Assembly (NCBI GenBank): GCA_964526595.1
Contig: CAZGJF010000007.1
Location: 827 to 64,826, forward strand
DNA: 64,000 nucleotides
Reading direction: 5' to 3'
DNA from: an uncultured Akkermansia sp.
GTDB taxonomy: Bacteria; Bacteroidota; Bacteroidia; Flavobacteriales_D; Crocinitomicaceae
In this document: positions 57,311 through 64,000 of the stretch, piece by piece
Position numbering within the stretch: the first letter of the stretch is position 1
Layout: each line of letters begins with the position of its first letter
The notes under the pieces: model-generated
The model's input: the letters and a program-made list of their open reading frames with translations, nothing else
What the model was told of the DNA's origin: nothing
The model's database searches: none
Program-made: the position numbers and the translations under genes

Positions 57311-58255
57311 ATGACTTTCCTTAATCATGCTACTCTCGGAGTTAATTCTTTCCGAAGTTATGTCATTTCTTTACTTTTCATATTTGCAGGTTTTGTAATA
57401 ATAGGACAACTGCCATTTCTGATTGAATTTGCTTTTAACAAAAATTTCCGCGAATTTTCCGGCAATTCTGATTTGTACATCAATCTGGCATCATTCGATA
57501 AAAATAAATTATTAGTTTATTTGTTGTTCCCTTTTTTTGGAGCTTTAGGAGCTTTATTCATTGCCATTAAATACGTCCACAAAAGACCAATTAAATCACT
57601 TTTTACGACCAGAAATAAATTTCATTGGGGGCGGTTTTTTACTTCATTTTTAATTTGGGGCTTTGTTTTAAGTGTATTTTTAACCCTTTCTTGGATTATA
57701 GATAAAGAAATTTCTTGGAATTTTAATCCAAAAACTTTTGTCCCGCTTTTACTAATTTCACTGTTTTTGATTCCCGTTCAGACGACCTGTGAAGAAGTGT
57801 TTTTCAGAGCATATTTGTTACAATCTTTGGGGCGTTCGTGGGGAAGAGGTTGGCTTTCTATAGTTGGTTCCGGGATCCTGTTTGGCTTAATGCATATTTC
57901 CAATCCGGAGGTCGAAGTATTGGGTTATTCTGTTTTGATTTATTTTATTTTTTCAGGATTTTTTCTTGGCTTGATTGCAGTCATGGATGATGGGTTAGAA
58001 TTGACGATGGGTTATCACGCTGTGAACAATATTTTTGGAGCTTTAATCGTTACGAACAACTGGCAAGCTTTTCAAACTGATTCTATTTTTATTGATAACT
58101 CTAAACCTATGATTGGTTGGGACATTGTATTGACTTTGGTTATCATTCAACCATTATTGATTTGGTTTTATTCAAAACTATTTTCTTGGAAAGATTGGAA
58201 TGAAAGGCTACTGATAAATCAAAGAAGTTCAATTACAACGAATTCAAACCAATAA
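57311..58255 (+). CDS. CPBP-family intramembrane glutamic endopeptidase (CAAX protease / Abi-like)
   Basis: A polytopic protein with EEVFFRAYL (EExxxR), FGLMHISN (FxxxH) and YHAVNN (HxxxN). Confidence 0.8.
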   Translation: MTFLNHATLGVNSFRSYVISLLFIFAGFVIIGQLPFLIEFAFNKNFREFSGNSDLYINLASFDKNKLLVYLLFPFFGALGALFIAIKYVHKRPIKSLFTTRNKFHWGRFFTSFLIWGFVLSVFLTLSWIIDKEISWNFNPKTFVPLLLISLFLIPVQTTCEEVFFRAYLLQSLGRSWGRGWLSIVGSGILFGLMHISNPEVEVLGYSVLIYFIFSGFFLGLIAVMDDGLELTMGYHAVNNIFGALIVTNNWQAFQTDSIFIDNSKPMIGWDIVLTLVIIQPLLIWFYSKLFSWKDWNERLLINQRSSITTNSNQ

Positions 58256-58304
58256 TCACGTAAGTCAATTCTATTTTTGTAGTTTTATCACTCAATCAAA
58301 ACGA

Positions 58305-59231
58305 ATGCTCGAAATTCTGAATATTTCTAAGTCATTCCACCGAACTTGTGCATTGGATGACATTTCCGTACATCTTAGAAAAGGAGAGATTTTAGGTTTG
58401 TTGGGGCCAAATGGCGCGGGAAAAACAACCTTGTTACGAATTGTTAATCAAATTATAAAACCTGATTCCGGATCAATTCGTTTTTTAGGAGAGTTGTTTT
58501 CGCCCAAACACCTTTTACGTATTGGCTATTTACCTGAAGAACGTGGTTTGTATCGTTCGATGACAGTTGAGGATCACGTGATGTTTTTAGGGCGCTTGAG
58601 AGGAGTCTCTAAAGTCGAGGTGAATAAGCAACTATCTTATTGGCTTCAAAAGTTCGAAATTGATTCATGGCGCAAAAAACGAATTGAAGAACTTTCCAAA
58701 GGTATGGCACAAAAAGTTCAGTTCATTTGCTCAGTAATTCATCGACCCGAACTTTTGATTTTAGACGAACCCATGAGTGGATTCGATCCGGTTAATGTCC
58801 AGCTGATAAAACAGGAGTTACAGGAAATGAAATCCAATGGTAAAACGGTTTTGATTTCAACACATGATATGCAAAGTGTTGAAGAGGTCTGCGACAGAGC
58901 CTTATTCATTCATCGATCCCGAAAGGTGCTTGAGGGAAACATTTCAGATTTGCGCGAAAAACGGAAAAAAGGTTTGTTTGCAGTTCAATTCAAAGGAAAT
59001 ATGATTGCCTTTGCAAATGCGATGTGGACAGGTTTTGAACTCATTCATCAACAAAATATAGCTGATAACCGCTTTGTTGTTCATGTCAAAATGCGAGGAG
59101 ACAATACCCTGGATGATTTATTGAAAACCTTAATTGGTCAGGTGAATATTCAGGCTGCATGGGAAATATTACCATCAATGCAAGATGTTTTTATTGAAAC
59201 AATCCAAACTAAAAATGATTCTCCATCATGA
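58305..59231 (+). CDS. ABC transporter ATP-binding protein
   Basis: Walker A GPNGAGKTT, signature LSKGMAQK and Walker B LLILDEP. Confidence 0.9.
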   Translation: MLEILNISKSFHRTCALDDISVHLRKGEILGLLGPNGAGKTTLLRIVNQIIKPDSGSIRFLGELFSPKHLLRIGYLPEERGLYRSMTVEDHVMFLGRLRGVSKVEVNKQLSYWLQKFEIDSWRKKRIEELSKGMAQKVQFICSVIHRPELLILDEPMSGFDPVNVQLIKQELQEMKSNGKTVLISTHDMQSVEEVCDRALFIHRSRKVLEGNISDLREKRKKGLFAVQFKGNMIAFANAMWTGFELIHQQNIADNRFVVHVKMRGDNTLDDLLKTLIGQVNIQAAWEILPSMQDVFIETIQTKNDSPS

Positions 59232-60565
59232 AAAATAGCTGGCTCATTGCACTTCGGGAATTTAAACAGAGATTGGGGTCTCGTTCGTTCATTCTTATGT
59301 CTGTTTTGGGACCTCTTTTTGTGTTGGCTCTCCTTTTTGCTCTTTTCAAAAATGGAAGTGAGGGCAGGAAACATTGGAATGTATTGATTGTAGATCCTAC
59401 CGGTCTGATGGAGAATAAAATCATGTTGGCTGAAGAAAAAAATATTTCATATTTTTTTACAGACCAGTATCTTGAAATGGAAGAATTTAGGGTGGCCAAG
59501 CAATTTGCCGGATTTGATGCTCTGATTGAAATCAATGAAAAGGTATTATCCAACAAGACCATTTTCATTTTTCACAGAAACAAACCTTCTGTTCAAATGC
59601 AGATCATGCTTCAATTTCAGATTGAGAGACGTTTGGAGGAAGTGATGGTTGAGCATTTTACAAAATTGACACTCCAACAGTTTCGATCGATTAAACAGCC
59701 AATGAATGTTACCTTCAGAGATGTGAACGACCCATACAACAAATCATCGGATATCCGCGGTTGGGTGGGATTTTTTTTCGGAGCGGTCATCATTTTGTTC
59801 ATCCTGTTTTTCGGCATGACTATTCTCCGAAGTGTCATGTATGATAAAAGCAATCGCATTGTTGAAGTGATGCTAGCTTCTGTAAAACCAAGTGAATTAA
59901 TGCTTGGAAAAATAATTGGCATTGGACTTCTAGCGTTGATTCAATTTGTATGTTGGATACTCTTTATTGCAATTGGCCTTTTTGCTATGCGTGAGTTGTT
60001 GTTCCCCAATATGTTTGATGCATCTATTTCTGAAATAACCCAAATGACGAAAGAAATGTCCAATCAAAACAATAGTAATTTGTTTTTTAATACTGTAGAT
60101 TACAATCAACTTGTTGACTTAGTGTTCGAGCGGATACAATTTGGAAATATGTTGATATTCTTTCTTTTATTTTTAATTTTTGGATATCTTTTCTATGCGT
60201 CATTTTTTGTAACTATTGGGGCGACAGCAGGTTCAGAAAGTGATGGACAACAATTTATTATTCCAATGGTTTTACTTTTGACGTTGGCGTGTTATTCAGG
60301 TTATTATTCCGTCTATTTTCCGGAAAGTGCATTCGTTGAATTTCTCCATTTTTTACCATTTACATCTCCCATTGTCGTTCTTGTTAAACTTGCCTATGGG
60401 TATGAAGTAGGTCATGCTTACGAACTTTATGTTTCACTTTTGATACTGATCATTTCATCGATTTTAATGCTCATTTTAGCAGGTCGTTTGTATAAAAATG
60501 GTATCTTACATGTCGGTCACCGAATTAGTTTGGTAAAATTGTTTCGGTGGATGAAAAAAACGTAA
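59228..60565 (+). CDS. ABC-2 type transporter permease (NatB-like)
   Basis: An N-terminal TM helix, a large extracytoplasmic loop, then 5 TM helices. The ATGA overlap couples it to the preceding ATPase gene. Confidence 0.75.
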   Translation: MKNSWLIALREFKQRLGSRSFILMSVLGPLFVLALLFALFKNGSEGRKHWNVLIVDPTGLMENKIMLAEEKNISYFFTDQYLEMEEFRVAKQFAGFDALIEINEKVLSNKTIFIFHRNKPSVQMQIMLQFQIERRLEEVMVEHFTKLTLQQFRSIKQPMNVTFRDVNDPYNKSSDIRGWVGFFFGAVIILFILFFGMTILRSVMYDKSNRIVEVMLASVKPSELMLGKIIGIGLLALIQFVCWILFIAIGLFAMRELLFPNMFDASISEITQMTKEMSNQNNSNLFFNTVDYNQLVDLVFERIQFGNMLIFFLLFLIFGYLFYASFFVTIGATAGSESDGQQFIIPMVLLLTLACYSGYYSVYFPESAFVEFLHFLPFTSPIVVLVKLAYGYEVGHAYELYVSLLILIISSILMLILAGRLYKNGILHVGHRISLVKLFRWMKKT

Positions 60566-60566
60566 G

Positions 60567-61457
60567 ATGAATAGAAAGGCTGTCATTGATTTGGGTACAA
60601 ACACGTTCAATTTGCTGATTGCCGATGTTACAAACAAAGGATTCCAAGTTGTACATTCGGAAAAAGAAGGTGTTGCGTTAGGAATGGGTGGAATCAATCA
60701 AAACATCATCGTTCCGGAGGCTACTGAGCGAGCAATTCAATCATTGCAACGATTTTCCGAAACATGTAAGAAATTCAAAGTGGATAGATTGGTTGCTATA
60801 GGTACCTCTGCTATTAGGGGGGCTAACAACGCCACAAAATTCATTAACGAAGTTAGACAAAAAACAGGCTTAGAAATTCAGGTAATTTCAGGTGAACGTG
60901 AAGCCGAATTGATTTATCATGGCGTCAAGTGGTCGTTTCCGTTTCGGGAAGCATCAACGGTCATGGATATTGGTGGTGGGAGCACTGAATTTGTCTTTGC
61001 GGACAACGAGGGCATACGTGATCTGATTAGTTTAGATATTGGTGTTTCAAGGATTTTTCAAAAATATACCTATGCTGATCCTATGTCTGATGAAGATATT
61101 TCACGTATAGAAGCATGGTTGGAAAAACAGACGAAAGGGTATTTTGATAATAAAAAAGAACAAATTTTAGTAGGTGCTTCCGGAAGCTTTGAGACTTTTT
61201 ATGAATTGATTAACAATTGCTCATTTCCGTGCCAACAAAATGCCGTTGAGTTGCCCGTGCCTTTTCTCAGAAGTGAATTAAATAAAATCATTTCCTCTAC
61301 TCAATCAGATCGGGAACTAAATCCTTGGATTATTCCGATTCGAAAGAAGATGGCTCCATTTGCAGCAGTAAAAACGCGATGGATATTGGATAAATTGAAA
61401 GTAGAACGTGTATTTGTTTCACCATATTCACTCAAAGAGGGTGCACTTACCATTTGA
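60567..61457 (+). CDS. Ppx/GppA-family phosphatase (short, N-terminal ASKHA domains only)
   Basis: VIDLGTNTFNLLIADV, IGTSAIRGANNA and MDIGGGSTEF. Confidence 0.8.
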   Translation: MNRKAVIDLGTNTFNLLIADVTNKGFQVVHSEKEGVALGMGGINQNIIVPEATERAIQSLQRFSETCKKFKVDRLVAIGTSAIRGANNATKFINEVRQKTGLEIQVISGEREAELIYHGVKWSFPFREASTVMDIGGGSTEFVFADNEGIRDLISLDIGVSRIFQKYTYADPMSDEDISRIEAWLEKQTKGYFDNKKEQILVGASGSFETFYELINNCSFPCQQNAVELPVPFLRSELNKIISSTQSDRELNPWIIPIRKKMAPFAAVKTRWILDKLKVERVFVSPYSLKEGALTI

Positions 61458-61542
61458 TGGACTTCAAATCAATTAATATTAAAGTTAATATGCTACTTTT
61501 AGTAGCTTGTCGAAAACGTAGTATGGTACATTTCATTTCTGA

Positions 61543-62709
61543 ATGATGGGAGATATTTTAATTATTGACGATGAACGAGCCATTCGAAGATCATTAAGAG
61601 AGATTCTTGAATTTGAAGGGTTTCATGTTGACGAAGCAGAAAATGGCAAACATGGTTTAGAATCAGCTTCAAATACAAATTATGACATTATCTTTTGCGA
61701 TGTCAAAATGCCATTAGTAGATGGAATTGAAGTATTAGATAAGTTGATGGAATTAAAAGTTGAAACTCCCGTGATTATGATAAGCGGACATGCGAATATC
61801 GAAATGGCCGTCAGGTCAATCAAAAAGGGAGCATTTGATTTTATTGAAAAACCATTGGATTTAAATCGAATTCTTGTCGCCCTTCGAAATGCTCGTCAAA
61901 AAAATAACCTGATAGAGCAAACCAACATATTAAAATCGACTATCAAAAAAATCAAAGGAAGCAATATCATCGGTGAAACACCCAAAATAAATCAAATAAA
62001 GGAGTTGATATCCAAAATTGCACCAAGTGATGCTCGTGTATTAATTACTGGCGAAAACGGAACCGGTAAGGAGCTGGTTGCCAGATCTATACACGAACAA
62101 TCAAATCGAAGTAAAATGCCCTTTGTTGAGGTTAATTGTGCTGCTATTCCGTCTGAATTAATTGAAAGTGAGTTGTTTGGTCATGAGAAAGGTGCGTTTA
62201 CATCAGCCATCAAAGAAAAAAAAGGAAAATTTGAAATAGCAGATGGAGGTACGCTTTTTTTGGATGAAATCGGAGATATGTCCTTGGAAGCTCAAGCAAA
62301 AGTCCTCAGAGCATTGCAAGAGAATGTCATACAACGCGTAGGAAGCGAACGGGACATCAAGATAAATTGCAGAATTATTGCAGCTACCAATAAAAATCTG
62401 TTTACCGAGATTCAACAAAGTCGTTTTAGAGAAGATTTATATCATAGATTGGCAGTCATTGTTGTCCATGTTCCCTCGTTGAATCAACGCAAAGAAGATA
62501 TTCCATTGTTAGCTGATCATTTCATGAATTCCATTTGCTCGGACTATGGAATGCCGACTAAAGAATTTACAAATGATGCGATTGAGGCATTAAAAAATAT
62601 TGATTGGACCGGAAATATCAGACAACTTCGAAATTACATAGAACGCTTCGTGATTTTGTGTGATTCACCCATCAACGTTAAAGATATTGAAGCACATGCC
62701 AAAAGATAG
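61543..62709 (+). CDS. Sigma-54-dependent response regulator (receiver + AAA+), lacking a C-terminal DNA-binding domain
   Basis: The receiver is ILIIDDE...IIFCDVKMPLVDG. The AAA+ Walker A is GENGTGKE, with GAFTSA (a GAFTGA variant, nt 62191-62208) and Walker B LFLDEIG. The protein ends 18 aa after IRQLRNYIERFVIL. Confidence 0.85.
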   Translation: MMGDILIIDDERAIRRSLREILEFEGFHVDEAENGKHGLESASNTNYDIIFCDVKMPLVDGIEVLDKLMELKVETPVIMISGHANIEMAVRSIKKGAFDFIEKPLDLNRILVALRNARQKNNLIEQTNILKSTIKKIKGSNIIGETPKINQIKELISKIAPSDARVLITGENGTGKELVARSIHEQSNRSKMPFVEVNCAAIPSELIESELFGHEKGAFTSAIKEKKGKFEIADGGTLFLDEIGDMSLEAQAKVLRALQENVIQRVGSERDIKINCRIIAATNKNLFTEIQQSRFREDLYHRLAVIVVHVPSLNQRKEDIPLLADHFMNSICSDYGMPTKEFTNDAIEALKNIDWTGNIRQLRNYIERFVILCDSPINVKDIEAHAKR

Positions 62710-62716
62710 CAGTCCT

Positions 62717-63538
62717 CTAAACAGTCATAAATCCATATTGCGCACCCAATATTGTATTTTCGCTGTCGATTGTTAGCACCGGAATATGTAGTTCATTTTT
62801 AGAAAGCGCCCGCACAAAAGAGTCTGTAAACAAGTGAAATGAATTTTGGTAATAGGTAGCTGCGAGTAAATCCGCATGCTGATTTCTGCAGACATCAAAA
62901 ATATGTTGAACAAATGCTGAACCATCTACCAGTTCAATGGAATAATTGATCCCATTTTCATTTAGATATTTTTTGCAAACGTTTAGGTTCAATTCTATTT
63001 TTTTCTTGAACAGTTCATCAGAATGATTAATACCAACCAAAATGATCTCTGAATTGAACATTTTACTGATTGAAGCTACGTTTTTGATGATTTGTAAACT
63101 TTCTTTTTCAAGGTCTATGGTCATCACAATTTTTTTGATCTCGTGAAATTCGGTTCCCTCCTGAACAATAATCAACGGCACTTTGCTGTGTTCAACTATC
63201 TTAAAAGCGTAACTGCCAAACAATTTTTTCATCCCAGTTGCGCCATGGGTTGCAAGAATGATTAATGAGGCTTTCATGGACTCAGCAGCGATGGCAATGT
63301 CTGTGTTTACTTTACCGATGATTACTTTGGTAGAGAAATTGTCAAACCCCTCCAAATGTTTAGAAGCAAAGTCCTCAAGTTGCAGTTCTGCGGCGGTTCT
63401 GTCGAATTCACTTCCAACTATATGAAACAAACAAACATGATTTCCCTTTTTTCGGGCAAGATCAAGGGCGAATTTAGTAGAACTGTATGATGCGGAGGAA
63501 AAGTCCACCGGAACAATTAATAAATGTGAATTATCCAT
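62717..63538 (-). CDS. Tandem universal stress protein (UspA-family) domains
   Basis: It has two Usp-like halves (LLIVPVDFSSAS...LIILATHG; KIVMTIDLEKES...HIPVLTI). The ATG at 63538 is preferred to the TTG at 63544. Confidence 0.7.
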   Translation of the reverse strand: MDNSHLLIVPVDFSSASYSSTKFALDLARKKGNHVCLFHIVGSEFDRTAAELQLEDFASKHLEGFDNFSTKVIIGKVNTDIAIAAESMKASLIILATHGATGMKKLFGSYAFKIVEHSKVPLIIVQEGTEFHEIKKIVMTIDLEKESLQIIKNVASISKMFNSEIILVGINHSDELFKKKIELNLNVCKKYLNENGINYSIELVDGSAFVQHIFDVCRNQHADLLAATYYQNSFHLFTDSFVRALSKNELHIPVLTIDSENTILGAQYGFMTV

Positions 63539-63780
63539 ATCCAATGCTTTAATTTCTAATGTATCGATTATTCAAAGGTAAGCTGAATAAAGAATCAAAA
63601 ATAGTTTTGAAATAAAATCATCTCTAAACTTGATTTTGGTCAGCTTACTTCTAAATTTAACTAATTTTCTTAAATGTTGAAGAATAACAATCAATGAAAA
63701 TGAATACAAAAGCCGGCATAGTGGATTTTAAACAGCTAATCTGATTTTAATTTTACTGTTTAATCCTAAAATGAATCGAC

Positions 63781-64000
63781 TTAAAAAGTCTTTGTAAATT
63801 CAATTAATAAGGTTTTAATATCAGCAAATTCACTGAAGGTTAAATTTTCATAGGTGTCATTTACATCATGATAATTCTTGTTTGGCCCCATGGTATATAT
63901 AAAAAATGCAGGAACTCCTTTTTGAGTGAACCAATAATGATCAGAATTTGCAGCAGGTCCACGAGGTTTAATAAGAGAAAGTAACTTATTATCTTGATTA
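63781..64000 (-). CDS. C-terminal fragment of an M28-like peptidase; the gene runs off the right window edge
   Basis: The reverse-strand frame reads ...KPRGPAANSDHYWFTQKGVPAFFIYTMGPNKNYHDVNDTYENLTFSEFADIKTLLIEFTKTF*. The 'SDH..F...GVPA......YH...D' pattern is M28-like. It is absent from the ORF track because it has no start in the window. Confidence 0.5.
   Translation of the reverse strand, partial: NQDNKLLSLIKPRGPAANSDHYWFTQKGVPAFFIYTMGPNKNYHDVNDTYENLTFSEFADIKTLLIEFTKTF

Noticed and set aside
58305-59231. The ABC ATPase as a candidate gldA
   Set aside because: It is translationally coupled (ATGA) to a NatB-like ABC-2 permease and lies 12 kb from gldFG, so it is more simply part of its own exporter.
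1-64000. A search for CRISPR arrays, tRNA/rRNA genes, integrases, toxin-antitoxin pairs and restriction-modification or other known defence genes
   Set aside because: I recognised none. There are no regularly spaced direct repeats outside the coding 147-bp repeats, no tRNA-like T-arm motifs in the intergenic regions I read and no nuclease/ATPase/methylase defence signatures. The absence is based on reading by eye only, so tRNAscan/Infernal and DefenseFinder/PADLOC should be run to confirm it.

Overview
This is a low-GC chromosomal segment that reads as Bacteroidota, probably Flavobacteriia (Cryomorphaceae-like); the taxon is a guess from gene content. Supporting signs are gliding-motility genes (gldH, gldF, gldG), a PorP/SprF gene, TAnnTTTG-type -7 promoter boxes and six type IX secretion (T9SS) cargo proteins. 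Four cargo proteins carry the type-B 'gliding motility-associated' C-terminal domain (CTD) and two carry the type-A Por_Secre_tail CTD. I count about 50 tightly packed protein genes. Most are housekeeping: recQ, pruA, holB, ricT/PSP1, dnaN, an mgtA-like P-type ATPase, grpE-dnaJ, an M16 peptidase pair, a Ppx/GppA-like gene and a sigma-54 activator. I saw no rRNA, tRNA or CRISPR array. Both window edges cut genes: an IS30-type transposase on the left and an M28-like peptidase C-terminus on the right. All product calls come from motif recognition in the supplied translations, not from searches. Several ORF-track starts are TTG/GTG-extended, and I trimmed them to the first ATG where a signal peptide or the neighbouring stop codon supported it. 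The best candidates for a second look are, in order: (1) a DUF2271-like T9SS cargo protein with an ApbE-type flavinylation motif, lying tail-to-tail with apbE; (2) an IS30-adjacent, very AT-rich islet with two tandem paralogous unknown proteins and a lipoprotein; (3) a giant LamG adhesin with 12 tandem 147-bp Cys-repeat units and a cognate PorP/SprF; (4) a G10 tract inside another adhesin gene; (5) a 60%-GC structured island in an otherwise AT-rich intergenic region; (6) a sigma-54 activator with no DNA-binding domain. None of these is proven to be novel.
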